Assembly: GCA_965224245.1 (NCBI GenBank)
Contig: OZ245046.1
Location: forward strand, 3,872,001-3,936,000
Direction of reading: 5' to 3'
Length of the DNA: 64,000 bases
Origin: Candidatus Eiseniibacteriota bacterium
Lineage (GTDB): Bacteria; Eisenbacteria; RBG-16-71-46; CAZAMP01
How positions within the stretch are numbered: position 1 is the stretch's first letter; each line of letters begins with the position of its first letter. The translations under genes were made by a program, and so were the position numbers. This document shows, in pieces, positions 42,508 to 54,445 of this stretch. The notes beneath the pieces were generated by a model that saw nothing but the letters and a program-made list of their open reading frames with translations, searched no databases and was not told where the DNA came from.

Positions 42508-42732
42508 TTGCGCATCCGACGCCCGTCTCCGCTCGGTCTGGCCGCCGCCCTCGGCGCCCTGCTCACCGGCTGCGCCACCGTTCAGCCGTGGGAGCGGGAC
42601 GTCCTCTCAGACCCCATCATGATCTTCGACGAGAACCCGATCGAGAAAGGGCACCTCGAGCACCATCACGTGTATCGCGAGGGATCGATCGGCGGCACCG
42701 GCACCCAGGGCGGAGGCTGCGGGTGCGGATGA
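42508..42732 (+). CDS. DUF4266-family small lipoprotein
   Basis: LLTGC lipobox, VQPWER..L..P.M, REG..GG.G..GGGCGCG; TTG start after GGAGG. Confidence 0.85.
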   Translation: MRIRRPSPLGLAAALGALLTGCATVQPWERDVLSDPIMIFDENPIEKGHLEHHHVYREGSIGGTGTQGGGCGCG

Positions 42733-43961
42733 GCTCGCTGGCCCGGCGCCTCACGACCGCTTGGGTCGCGCTCGGGTCGACAGCGCCCATCGGGGGCCTC
42801 GCACTTCCCCGGGTATCGCCGATCCTCGGAGTGCCGGCACTCGCCGCCGGGGCGGCACGCGCCCAGGTCCTCCCCGAGGACGAGCTCCAGATCGCGCTGA
42901 ACGGCTACGTCGACAGCTTCGACGTGAGCGTCATCTATCCGTCGGTCTCGGTGACACGACGCGTGGCGCCGTCGACGTCGGTGTCCGGACGTTACCTCGT
43001 GGACGCGATCACGTCGGCCTCGATGAAGAGCCGGATCCCGGTGGATGGCATCACGTCGGCCACCCGGCGCGCGAGCGGTGGGAAGGACGGCGCCTTCGAC
43101 GAGCTCCGCCACGAGCTCGGCGTCGGGGCATCGCAGGTCGTGGGCGAGAGCACCCTGTCCACGACCGTCCTCTACGGCACCGAGCACGACTACACGTCGC
43201 TGACGCTGGCGACGTCGGGGGTGCTCTCCCTCGCGCGGCGCAACACCGACATCCAGCTCTCGGTCGTCCGCAGCTGGGACGACGTCTTCCCCGAGACGCG
43301 TTCCTGGCACCGCGACAAGGACGTGTTGACCTTGAACGCCGGGGTCACCCAGACGCTGGGCACACGCGCCATCGCGCAGGTGGAGTTCTCCCACGCGACG
43401 ATGGAGGGGTTCCTGTCGGACGCCTACCAGGTGGTCACGATCGTCGACCCCGCGTCGCTCGCGGCCGTGCGGTACGAGCCGCGCCATCCCGAGCTACGCA
43501 TCCGCCGCGCGATCGGAGTCCGGACCAACGTCATGGTCACCGGCGGCTCGTCGGTCAGCGCCGGATACCGATACTACTGGGATACCTGGGGCGTGGAGTC
43601 GAGCACCGTCCACGGGCTCTACCAGCGCCACTTCCAGGATCGGCTCTTGACCGCCGGCGTCGGGCTCCGGGTCTACACGCAGACGCGCGCGAGCTTCTTC
43701 CGGCCCGCGTACACCCGGCCCGAGCGCTACATGAGCGTGGACAGCAACCTCGACGAGAGCGACTCGATCGAGTACCAGCTCCGTCTGCGGGTCGACGGAT
43801 CGCGGATTCGGTGGGTCCCGGGGCTGGACCGCGACGGCGTCGAGCTGGAGGCGCGCGCGAGCTACTACCATCGCCGGACGGCCGCGCCGAACTGGTTCAG
43901 TCGACGGGCGACGCTCGACGCGCTGGTGACGAGCCTGGGGGTGCGAATACGTTTCTCGTAG
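42729..43961 (+). CDS. DUF3570-family outer-membrane beta-barrel protein
   Basis: ATGA-coupled to DUF4266; VDAITSAS, EHDY.S, GFLSDAY, YRYYWDTWGV, RVYTQ..A.FF. Confidence 0.8.
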   Translation: MSSLARRLTTAWVALGSTAPIGGLALPRVSPILGVPALAAGAARAQVLPEDELQIALNGYVDSFDVSVIYPSVSVTRRVAPSTSVSGRYLVDAITSASMKSRIPVDGITSATRRASGGKDGAFDELRHELGVGASQVVGESTLSTTVLYGTEHDYTSLTLATSGVLSLARRNTDIQLSVVRSWDDVFPETRSWHRDKDVLTLNAGVTQTLGTRAIAQVEFSHATMEGFLSDAYQVVTIVDPASLAAVRYEPRHPELRIRRAIGVRTNVMVTGGSSVSAGYRYYWDTWGVESSTVHGLYQRHFQDRLLTAGVGLRVYTQTRASFFRPAYTRPERYMSVDSNLDESDSIEYQLRLRVDGSRIRWVPGLDRDGVELEARASYYHRRTAAPNWFSRRATLDALVTSLGVRIRFS

Positions 43962-43992
43962 ATCGATCGCGGCGCCATTCGCCGCGCCCGGA

Positions 43993-44577
43993 TCACTCCC
44001 GTCGGGTGCCCCGCGGCCGGCGGGGGGACGGCTCGTCGTAGAGGCCCTTGACGCCGCCCCACGTCGTGCCGACGGTGACGCGCGACGTGTCGGCAACCGT
44101 GATCGCGACCGAAACCCACTGCTCCTGGTGGGTCACGTCCTGGATGTTGAAGACACCGTAGTACGCGGCGCGCCAGGTGTACGTGCCGGGCTCCAGCGGC
44201 GCGGTCGCGGTGAGAACGGCCGGTACGACGATCGAGTCCGCCACCGCGGGGCCGGTGCCGTCGTCGCCGGTGCCCGTGGGACCGGTGACCCGATCGAGCT
44301 CGGTGCCGGCGTCGTCGTACAGGACCGCGCGGATCCAGCCCGGGAGGAGCGCGCCCGACAGCGCCACCGAGATCGGCTCCCCCGGACGATGTACCAGTGC
44401 GTCCGGGGTCGCGACGAGCTCGAGATGGTGGTTGTGACAGCCGGCGCAGGTCGGCGTGTCGTCGACGTGGCACGACGCGCAGGCCGATTCGTACAGCTCG
44501 GGCACGCCCCGCGCGACACCCGGGACGAGAGCCGGGCCGATGAGGATCGACGAGACGATGAACGACGCGAGCCGCAT
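43993..44577 (-). CDS. Secreted small diheme c-type protein with TTWGGVKGLY tail
   Basis: Signal peptide, CASCH and CAGCH, a beta-sandwich-like region, C-terminal TTWGGVKGLY. Confidence 0.75.
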   Translation of the reverse strand: MRLASFIVSSILIGPALVPGVARGVPELYESACASCHVDDTPTCAGCHNHHLELVATPDALVHRPGEPISVALSGALLPGWIRAVLYDDAGTELDRVTGPTGTGDDGTGPAVADSIVVPAVLTATAPLEPGTYTWRAAYYGVFNIQDVTHQEQWVSVAITVADTSRVTVGTTWGGVKGLYDEPSPRRPRGTRRE

Positions 44578-45496
44578 GACACGTCCGGGTTCGAGGGACG
44601 ACGGGTCCAGTCTACCAGCGGTCCGCCGTCCGCGTCTCGGGTGGCTCGTCCTCGGCGTGCTCGCCGGCGGATGGGGCTGCGGGCTCGTGGCCCCGGACGG
44701 CAAGGAGTCGGTCCCCCCCGATCACGACGACCGGAAAGGAGGCGCCTACCACAAGGCGGGCGCCGAGGAACCCTATCGCTCACCGGGGAACTGCGCGACG
44801 TTCGGATGTCATCACGTGAACCTGCGCGGCGGCTGGGCCCGCTACGACGAGACCGGATCCCCCGACACCCCCCAGGCGCGTTCACCCTCGTGCTACCAGT
44901 GCCACGGCGTGGAGTGGACGATCCGGTACCCCGCCTCGATCCAGGTCCAGTATCCGACGTCCGACGTGGTGTGGCGGCACGGCGGCTCGCGCCCGATCGA
45001 GTGGTGGGGACCCCGGACCGACACCGCCGCCGTCTACCTCTACGACGGCGACACGCTGGTCGACACGCTTCAGACGATGCACGCGACCGAGGGCGTGGCC
45101 CGCATCGATTCGGTGAGGACCGCATGGGGGACGGGCGACGCGTTCCGCATCCGGATCGAGCAGGGCTCGGGCGACGCCGGCTTCGGACAGTCGTTCCAGA
45201 TCTGCGGGGCCGACGAGGGCGTGCAGGTGACCGTGCCCGCCGCGGGGGCCGTCGTCATGCAGGGTGAGGAGCTGCGCGTGGAGTGGCACTGTGCGGCCGG
45301 CGTGGCGGTGGACATCTTCGTGTACGACGGCGACGTGCGGATCGACACGTTCCGGCGCGGCGCCGGCAACGGCGGGTTCGCCACGCGGACGTTTCCGGTG
45401 TCGTGGGGCACGGGGACCGACTATCGCATCCAGATCGTGGACGCCGAGGGCACGATCGGGTTCAGCGAGCCGTTCGAGATTCGCACTGCACCGTAG
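44576..45496 (+). CDS. Putative diheme c-type lipoprotein with two Ig-like repeats
   Basis: LAGGWGC lipobox-like, CATFGCH (CX4CH), CYQCH, repeated W...YDGD...WGTG..(F/Y)RI...S..F.I; start uncertain. Confidence 0.7.
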   Translation: MTRPGSRDDGSSLPAVRRPRLGWLVLGVLAGGWGCGLVAPDGKESVPPDHDDRKGGAYHKAGAEEPYRSPGNCATFGCHHVNLRGGWARYDETGSPDTPQARSPSCYQCHGVEWTIRYPASIQVQYPTSDVVWRHGGSRPIEWWGPRTDTAAVYLYDGDTLVDTLQTMHATEGVARIDSVRTAWGTGDAFRIRIEQGSGDAGFGQSFQICGADEGVQVTVPAAGAVVMQGEELRVEWHCAAGVAVDIFVYDGDVRIDTFRRGAGNGGFATRTFPVSWGTGTDYRIQIVDAEGTIGFSEPFEIRTAP

Positions 45497-45567
45497 CCCG
45501 ACCGTTTCATGCTCGTCCTCCGCGTCCGAACATGCGTCGTCTCCCCTGCCGTGAGATCCACCGCGAT

Positions 45568-45771
45568 CTAGTCGTGATGGTCGGCCGGTCTCAGTCGCTC
45601 GGCGCCCTCCAGCCTGCCGACGAGTTGCGACGGATCGTGGATCAGGACCGGCAGGTGCTGTGGGCAGATCCAGAGCGATCGGCCGAGGTACTCGAGCGTC
45701 ACCAGCGGCGTCTCCTCGGAGTCGCGATCACAGGCCAGGCATCGGGGCTTGGAAATCTTCTCGGGCGTCAC
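45568..45771 (-). CDS. Small putative Zn-binding protein (CxxC...CxxH)
   Basis: CLAC...ICPQHLP; GTG start after GAAGGAG. Confidence 0.65.
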   Translation of the reverse strand: MTPEKISKPRCLACDRDSEETPLVTLEYLGRSLWICPQHLPVLIHDPSQLVGRLEGAERLRPADHHD

Positions 45772-45944
45772 GTTTGGCTCTCCTTCCATCGGGTGCGTCC
45801 AGCGAACGAGTGTCCCGGCGAAACCTGAGGGGCGGACGGAGGCGGCACCCCCGTCCGGAGCCCGGCCGTGAACGCGACGCTCACGACCCGCGGCCGGCCC
45901 GGGCGCGCCGACGTCGCGCGGGGGCCGTGAGGGGCGCCGATGCC

Positions 45945-46358
45945 TCAGCGTCGGCTCTGCGCCAGCTTGATCCGGTTGACCGCCCGCTTGAGCGCGGCAT
46001 CGGCCCTTGCCGCGTCGATCGACGCGTCGGAGACCTTTCCCAGCCGCTCGCGCGCACGCCGCTCGGCCGACTGCGCGCGTCCCAGATCGATCTCGTCGAG
46101 GCTCTCCATCGCGTCGGCGAGAATCACCGCGTCGTTGTTGGACACCTCGAGGAACCCGCCGGAAATCGCGTACGCCTTGTCCATGTTGTGGAGGTCACGC
46201 AGCACGAGCTTTCCCGGAACGAGCGCGGTGATCAGCGGGGCGTGGTGGGCGAGCACGCCGAGATAGCCGTCCATGCCGGGCGCCTCGAGATACGTGACGT
46301 CGGCATCGAAGATCTGCTTCTCGGGGGTCAAGACACTCAGATGAAACGGGGAAGCCAT
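45945..46358 (-). CDS. atpC: ATP synthase F1 epsilon subunit
   Basis: VLTPE, G.LGVL.HHAPLITAL, ISGGFLEV. Confidence 0.95.
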   Translation of the reverse strand: MASPFHLSVLTPEKQIFDADVTYLEAPGMDGYLGVLAHHAPLITALVPGKLVLRDLHNMDKAYAISGGFLEVSNNDAVILADAMESLDEIDLGRAQSAERRARERLGKVSDASIDAARADAALKRAVNRIKLAQSRR

Positions 46359-46439
46359 CGACTGCTACTCCATCCGGCCCGCCCGGGCGGGCCGTCGTGC
46401 GGCGACCGCGCGCCCGTGCGCGCGTTCCCGCGACCGGCG

Positions 46440-48744
<2,305 letters not shown>

Positions 48745-48747
48745 GTC

Positions 48748-50280
48748 CTAGCCCTTCTTCGTGAGGAACTCGGCCTTTAAGGCCTCGACGGCCTTGGTGA
48801 GCTCGGCCTTGGTCTCGTCGGAGATCTTCTGCTCGTCACGGAGCTTCTGCACGACGTCCGGATACTTCTCACGGACGTACGGGATGAACTCGCCCTCGAA
48901 CCTCGCGACGTTCTCCACCGGCACGTCGTCGAGGAAGCCTTCGACGCCGGCGAAGATCGCGATGACCTGATCCTCGACGGTCATGGGAATGTACTGGCCC
49001 TGCTTCAGGAGCTCGACCATGCGTTCGCCACGGGTGAGCTGGGCCTGGGTCGCCGCGTCGAGGTCGCTGCCGAACTGCGCGAACGCCGCGAGCTCCCGAT
49101 ACTGCGCGAGATCGAGACGGAGCTGTCCCGCCACCTGCTTCATCGCCTTGACCTGGGCCGCGCTCCCCACGCGCGACACCGAGATTCCCACGTTGATGGC
49201 CGGTCGCACGCCCGCGTAGAAGAGATCGGGCTCCAGGAAGATCTGGCCGTCGGTGATCGAGATCACGTTCGTGGGGATGTACGCGGACACATCGCCGGCC
49301 TGCGTCTCGATGATGGGAAGCGCGGTGAGCGAGCCCGCGCCCTTCTCGTCGGAGAGCTTGGCCGCGCGCTCCAGAAGGCGGCTGTGCAGGTAGAAGACGT
49401 CGCCCGGGTACGCCTCGCGGCCCGGGGGACGGCGGAGCAACAGCGAGAGCTGACGGTACGCGACGGCGTGCTTGGAGAGATCGTCGTACACGCACAGCGC
49501 GTGGTCGCCGCGGTCCCGGAAGAACTCGCCGATGGCGCAGCCCGCGTACGGCGCGAGGAAGAGCATCGGCGCCAGATCGGACGCCGACGCCACGACGACG
49601 GTCGTGTACTCCATCGCGCCGTGCTTCTCCAGCTGGTCGATCACGCGCGCGACCGTGGACTCCTTCTGTCCGACGGCCACGTACACGCAGTACACGCGGT
49701 CGCCCGCCGGGTTGTTCTTCTGGTTGATGATGGCATCGATCGCGATGGCCGTCTTCCCGGTCTGACGGTCGCCGATGATGAGCTCGCGCTGGCCGCGCCC
49801 GATCGGGATCATGCCGTCGACCGACTTGAGGCCGGTCTGGAGCGGCTCGTGTACGGGCTTGCGCTCCACGACGTTGGGAGCATGTCCCTCGACCAGGCCG
49901 AACTCGGACGTCTCGATCGGCCCCTTGCCGTCGACCGGCTGGCCGAGCGCGTTGACCACGCGGCCGACCATCGCCTCCCCGACGGGAATGGACAGGATGC
50001 GCTCGGTGCGGTGAACGGGGTCGCCTTCACGAATCTGATCGTCGGCACCGAACAGCGCCACGCCGATGTTGTCCTCTTCGAGGTTCAGCGCCACGCCGTA
50101 CACGTCGCCGGGGAACTTCAGGAGCTCGCCGGCCATGGCGTCGTCGAGACCCCAGACGCGGGCGATTCCGTCGCCGACCTGGAGGACCGAACCCACCGAC
50201 TTCGTGTCGATGTCCTTCTCGTACTTCTCCAGCTCCCGTGAGATGACGGAGCTGACTTCTTCGGGACGGATGGTCGCCAT
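48748..50280 (-). CDS. atpA: ATP synthase F1 alpha subunit
   Basis: [42 protein letters not shown]. Confidence 0.98.
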   Translation of the reverse strand: MATIRPEEVSSVISRELEKYEKDIDTKSVGSVLQVGDGIARVWGLDDAMAGELLKFPGDVYGVALNLEEDNIGVALFGADDQIREGDPVHRTERILSIPVGEAMVGRVVNALGQPVDGKGPIETSEFGLVEGHAPNVVERKPVHEPLQTGLKSVDGMIPIGRGQRELIIGDRQTGKTAIAIDAIINQKNNPAGDRVYCVYVAVGQKESTVARVIDQLEKHGAMEYTTVVVASASDLAPMLFLAPYAGCAIGEFFRDRGDHALCVYDDLSKHAVAYRQLSLLLRRPPGREAYPGDVFYLHSRLLERAAKLSDEKGAGSLTALPIIETQAGDVSAYIPTNVISITDGQIFLEPDLFYAGVRPAINVGISVSRVGSAAQVKAMKQVAGQLRLDLAQYRELAAFAQFGSDLDAATQAQLTRGERMVELLKQGQYIPMTVEDQVIAIFAGVEGFLDDVPVENVARFEGEFIPYVREKYPDVVQKLRDEQKISDETKAELTKAVEALKAEFLTKKG

Positions 50281-50282
50281 CG

Positions 50283-50849
50283 TCACACCTCTTGCGGGGT
50301 CATGGGAACCGGGATACTACGGAGACTGTCGCGGAGCTCGTCCAGATGATGCCGGACGGTGTCGTCGGTGATCTGCCCCAGCACGACGACCGACGCCCCG
50401 CCGATCACGCGCGGGTCGACGACCTCGTTCAGCTCGACCTCCTGTCCGGTCCGAGTCTGAAGAACGGATCGCAGGCGAGTGCGCTCGGGGTCGGTGAGGG
50501 GAACCGCCGTGGTCACCGTCGCCGACGTCCGCTTGTAGCGCTCGTCGAGGATCTTCTTGTACTCGCCGCGAACCTCGTCGATGAGGCCGAAACGCCCCTT
50601 GCGGCGGAGCAGGATCACGAACTCCTCGAGCGCCTTGTGGACGAGTCCGTCCAGCACGGATCTGAGGAACCGCTCCTTCTCGCTGGCCGCAATGCGCGGA
50701 GACGCCAGAAAATCGCGGAATCGCCGGTTCTCCTCCAGGAGCTCGACGAACCGCACGAGCTGCCGGTCGATCTCGTCGGCGACGGCATGCTCCTCGGCGA
50801 CGGTGAACAGCGCGTGCGCGTAGCGTCTCGCCAGGCGGGGGTCGTTCAT
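50283..50849 (-). CDS. atpH: ATP synthase F1 delta subunit
   Basis: ARRYA.ALF, VTTAVPL, VDP.VIGG; operon position. Confidence 0.93.
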   Translation of the reverse strand: MNDPRLARRYAHALFTVAEEHAVADEIDRQLVRFVELLEENRRFRDFLASPRIAASEKERFLRSVLDGLVHKALEEFVILLRRKGRFGLIDEVRGEYKKILDERYKRTSATVTTAVPLTDPERTRLRSVLQTRTGQEVELNEVVDPRVIGGASVVVLGQITDDTVRHHLDELRDSLRSIPVPMTPQEV

Positions 50850-50853
50850 CTGC

Positions 50854-51345
50854 CTAGGCCCTGCCCATCTCGTCGATGGATCTCGCGATCAGCTCGCGAT
50901 GCTTGGCCGCATCCACCTGCTCGCCGAGCAGCACCTCGGCGACCCGCACGCTCATGTCGGCGATGTTGTTGCGCAGCTCCGCCCGCGCCTTCGCCAGCTC
51001 CCGCTCGGCGTCGGCCTGTGCGCGGTCACGGATGTCCTGGGCGTCGCGTCGGGCCTCTCCCTTGATGGAGTCGGCCAGGCGCTGGGCCTCGGCCGCGCCC
51101 TCCTGGATCCGGCCACGCTTGAGCGCGTCGATCTCGTTGAGCTTCTCGGCGAACTCTTCCCGCAGCTTGTCGACCTCGGACTTCTGACGATCGATCGTGG
51201 AGAGCTCGTCGGCGATGTGGCGCCGGCGATCCTCCATGAATCCGATCAGCGGTCCCCACGCGTACTTGCGCAGGATGCCGAGCACGATCAGGAATCCGAT
51301 GATGTTGGTGACGATGACGGCAATGTCTTGCCTGGTCACTTCCAT
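50854..51345 (-). CDS. atpF: ATP synthase Fo subunit b
   Basis: N-terminal TM, KYAWGPL..M..R, long coiled coil. Confidence 0.92.
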   Translation of the reverse strand: MEVTRQDIAVIVTNIIGFLIVLGILRKYAWGPLIGFMEDRRRHIADELSTIDRQKSEVDKLREEFAEKLNEIDALKRGRIQEGAAEAQRLADSIKGEARRDAQDIRDRAQADAERELAKARAELRNNIADMSVRVAEVLLGEQVDAAKHRELIARSIDEMGRA

Positions 51346-51404
51346 CGAGCGTCACTCCCGCCCCGTATCCGGAGCGCGCCCCTCGAGGGGCGGTTGTTTG
51401 CGGG

Positions 51405-51635
51405 CTACAGCTTGCCCTGGAGAATGAAGACGACCAGAAGCGCGTAGATCGTGAGGGCCTCGATGAACGCGGCGCCGATGACCATCGCGGTCTGAATGCG
51501 CGGAATGGCCTCGGGCTGACGGCCCATCGCCTGCATGGCGCCACCCACGGCCGTTCCGAGTCCGATGCCCGAACCGAGCGCGGCGAAGCCGACGCCGAGC
51601 GGAAGGCCAAGTCCGAGCCAGCTTGCAGTCTCCAA
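51405..51635 (-). CDS. atpE: ATP synthase Fo subunit c (H+-type signature)
   Basis: GxGxGxG, RQPE loop, FIEAL carboxylate; TTG start after AGGAGG. Confidence 0.95.
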   Translation of the reverse strand: METASWLGLGLPLGVGFAALGSGIGLGTAVGGAMQAMGRQPEAIPRIQTAMVIGAAFIEALTIYALLVVFILQGKL

Positions 51636-51683
51636 CGTCTTCCTCCTTGTGGGGCACGGGGAGCCGCGCCCACCTGTTTCGAG

Positions 51684-52763
51684 CTAGTGGTCCTCGTGCC
51701 CGTGGGGCAGGACCAGTGCAAAGTAGATCGTGCTCAGGATCATGAACACACCGGCCTGGATCGTGCCCATCAGGAGCGACAGGAACACGAACGGCAGGTG
51801 GATCGGAATGCCGAGCGGAATGGGCAGGAACGCCAGAATGGCGGCTCCGAGGCCGACGAACACGGCGATCAGCGTCTCCTCGCCGAAGATGTTCCCGAAG
51901 AGACGCACCGAGAGCGAGAACGGCTTGGCGATCTCGCCGATGATGTGCAGCGGGAACATCAGCACCGACATGCCCCACCCCAGCGCGTCGCGCGGCTCGC
52001 CGGCCAGATGGTAGACGTATCCGCCGATGCCCTGCATGCGAACCGCGGAGAACTGAAGATACAGAAAGACGCAGATGGCCAGCGCGACCGTCATGTGGAT
52101 GCGCGAGGTGGCCGCGAACATGAACGGGACCAGGCCCAGCATGTTCATGAACCAGATGTAGACGAAGAGCGTGCCCAGGAACGGGATGAACCGCTTGCCC
52201 TCGGGACCGAGGATCCCGAGGAGGAAGTCGTACAGTCCGCCGACGACGATCTCGACCCCGTTCTGGAGACGCCCCGGTACGAGCGTCATGTTGCGGGTGG
52301 CGGCCTGGACGATGAGCGCGATCAGGATCGCGCAGATGATCCCGAAGATGGCGGGGGCGAAGAGGTTGAGCATCGACCCGATGCGACCGTGGGAGCCGCC
52401 GGGCAATCCCCCGATGACGAAGTCCAGGAACGACGGAAGGTGCGCGCCGTGGTGCTCTCCGTCACCGTGCTCCCCATCGCCGTGCCCGGCCTCGCCGTGT
52501 GCGCCGGCGTCACCGTGATCGGCGCCCGGCGCCCCGACCTCGTGGGGGTCGGTCGCGTGGGGGTCGGACTCGTGGGCGTCGGACTCGTGGGCGTCCGCGG
52601 AGTCGGCGGCTCCATGGTCGCTCTCGGCGGACGTGGCAGAGGACAGATCGACCGTGTACAGGTCGGACCCGTCGCGTCCGGTGCGCGACCCGACGTTGAC
52701 GGCGAGCACGATCCAGGCCGCGAGGAGAACCAGCAGCACGCGTCCGCTAAAGAACCGTTGCAC
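51684..52763 (-). CDS. atpB: ATP synthase Fo subunit a with His-rich N-terminal extension
   Basis: PGRLQN..E, KPFSLSVRLFGN, IQAGVF.ILS..Y. Confidence 0.95.
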   Translation of the reverse strand: MQRFFSGRVLLVLLAAWIVLAVNVGSRTGRDGSDLYTVDLSSATSAESDHGAADSADAHESDAHESDPHATDPHEVGAPGADHGDAGAHGEAGHGDGEHGDGEHHGAHLPSFLDFVIGGLPGGSHGRIGSMLNLFAPAIFGIICAILIALIVQAATRNMTLVPGRLQNGVEIVVGGLYDFLLGILGPEGKRFIPFLGTLFVYIWFMNMLGLVPFMFAATSRIHMTVALAICVFLYLQFSAVRMQGIGGYVYHLAGEPRDALGWGMSVLMFPLHIIGEIAKPFSLSVRLFGNIFGEETLIAVFVGLGAAILAFLPIPLGIPIHLPFVFLSLLMGTIQAGVFMILSTIYFALVLPHGHEDH

Positions 52764-53256
52764 GAGACTCTCCCTCGGTCGGATGCGCCCCCGCCCCGGG
52801 CTGACCGGGATCTCGGCGGACGAGACCGCCCGTCAAGAGGAGCCCCACCGCGCGCAGCAGCATGACCAGCAGCACCAGTCCGAAGCCGGCGCCGGCGGCG
52901 AGAATCTCCTCGCGCGAGCGAGATCTGAGGAGCACGAACGCGATCGCGTACATCGCGGGCCCCTTGAGGAGGACGCCCACGAGGAGTGACCCGGTCCGGG
53001 TCGGTCGGTCGGGCCGGATGTGATCGGTGAGCTGGAGAATCAGCGACACGTTGACCACGCCCCACACCACACCGCCCAGGAGCGGCCAGACCCACAGCGT
53101 GCGGCCGAGCGCCCACAGCACGCACGCCGCCACGACGCCCAGCAAGAGCGAGCCGATCTGCGTTCGAGCAATGGGGCTCACCGTCCGGCCGGACGTCGCG
53201 TCGGCGACGGGGGTCGCGTCGGTTGCGCGCGTGCTCGCGCGGGCAGCATTGGTCAC
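52747..53256 (-). CDS. atpI: ATP synthase subunit I-like membrane protein
   Basis: Four hydrophobic helices, directly upstream of atpB. Confidence 0.65.
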   Translation of the reverse strand: MTNAARASTRATDATPVADATSGRTVSPIARTQIGSLLLGVVAACVLWALGRTLWVWPLLGGVVWGVVNVSLILQLTDHIRPDRPTRTGSLLVGVLLKGPAMYAIAFVLLRSRSREEILAAGAGFGLVLLVMLLRAVGLLLTGGLVRRDPGQPGAGAHPTEGESRATVL

Positions 53257-53259
53257 CGG

Positions 53260-53490
53260 CTAGTTTTCCTCGGAGGCCCGCTTGACGATGCGGACGGTTT
53301 CTCGAATGCCGGCGGCGAAGCCGAGAAGCGCCATGACCACCTTCAGCCAGTCCCCGGCCCCCAGCCAGCGGGCCAGAAGGACACCGAGAAAGTAGGCGAC
53401 GGTGGGCGTCACCAAGAGCACGGTCGGGATGAGCGAGTACATCCCGACCTGTCTCAGGTTCGCGCGCTTGTCGGGTTCGTTCGCCGTCAC
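53260..53490 (-). CDS. AtpZ/AtpI-family small membrane protein
   Basis: Two TM helices, G..L..WL...LG..AG pattern; first gene of the atp operon. Confidence 0.7.
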   Translation of the reverse strand: MTANEPDKRANLRQVGMYSLIPTVLLVTPTVAYFLGVLLARWLGAGDWLKVVMALLGFAAGIRETVRIVKRASEEN

Positions 53491-53617
53491 GTTGTGTCCG
53501 GAAACGCGGAAATCGCCGGAGCATGCCATTTGCAGCTGGCGATTTCGTGTCCCCAGTCTCCCTCGGGACGGCCCCGAGTCCGGGCTCAGAAAAGCTGGTC
53601 TGTTCGAACAGCGCAGT

Positions 53618-53647
53618 AGGGTATGGAACCGGGTGCGGCGGCGTCAA
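53618..53647 (-). promoter_or_regulatory. Putative sigma70 promoter of the atp operon
   Basis: Minus strand TTGACG-N18-TACCCT. Confidence 0.5.
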
Positions 53648-53834
53648 CCCAGAAAACATCACTGGGCGATTGCCGGGATCGTCAGCCTAAGATTAAAGTC
53701 AAACGTGACTTACGCCTCCGATTGCGGAGGCGAGCCGACCGGATCGGCCGCCGTTCCGGGGTCGTGGGTGCCCGGTGTGGACGATCCGTTGCAGCGGCGG
53801 ATCGGTCGCCACCCCAACCGACGAGCGAACCGAC

Positions 53835-54413
53835 ATGTCAGAGTCCGACGACATCACCGTCATCCTCCAGGACGCGAGCCTGGGGCGCCGCGAGGCGCTG
53901 GACCAGCTGATGCCGCGTGTATACGACGAGCTGAGGCGGCTCGCCCAGCACATGCTCGACGACGAGCGCCCCGACCACACCCTTCAGGCCACCGCGCTCG
54001 TCCACGAGGCCTACACGAAGCTCGTGGATCAGAACCGCGTGACGTGGCAGAACCGAGCACACTTCTTCGCGGTGGCCGCGCAGTCCATTCGCCGGATCCT
54101 GATCGACCACGCCCGCGCCCGAAACCGTGCCAAGCGCGGGAGCGGACACGCGTCGGTGGAGCTGGACGCCGCGATGAACGTGCCGGACTCCCCGACGTTC
54201 GTGGATCTGATCGGGCTGGACGACGCCCTCTCGCGCCTCGCCGTCGATCACCCGGGCCCGGCCCGCGTGGTCGAGATGCGCTACTTCGCGGGCCTCAGCC
54301 ACGCCGAGACCGGCGAGGTCCTGGGCGTCGGACAGCGTACCGCCGAGCGGTACTGGCAGTTCGCCAGGGCCTGGCTCTATCGGGAGCTCGGAGCGAGCGA
54401 TCGGTCGCCGTAG
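53835..54413 (+). CDS. ECF sigma factor (kinase-associated group), no adjacent kinase
   Basis: VYDELRRLA, HTLQATALVHEAY, RAHFFAVAA..IRRILIDHAR, VVEMRYFAGLS, ARAWL. Confidence 0.93.
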   Translation: MSESDDITVILQDASLGRREALDQLMPRVYDELRRLAQHMLDDERPDHTLQATALVHEAYTKLVDQNRVTWQNRAHFFAVAAQSIRRILIDHARARNRAKRGSGHASVELDAAMNVPDSPTFVDLIGLDDALSRLAVDHPGPARVVEMRYFAGLSHAETGEVLGVGQRTAERYWQFARAWLYRELGASDRSP

Positions 54414-54445
54414 CCCTCACCGGCGCGCCGGCGTCCCGGTGAGGG

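Noticed and set aside
46375-46394. Perfect 20-bp palindrome CGGCCCGCCCGGGCGGGCCG between atpD and atpC
   Set aside because: All G/C, single copy; could be chance or an ordinary mRNA hairpin
51405-51635. Na+-translocating or N-type ATPase
   Set aside because: Subunit c has L at the Q position and EAL rather than ES/T; gene order is canonical and includes delta
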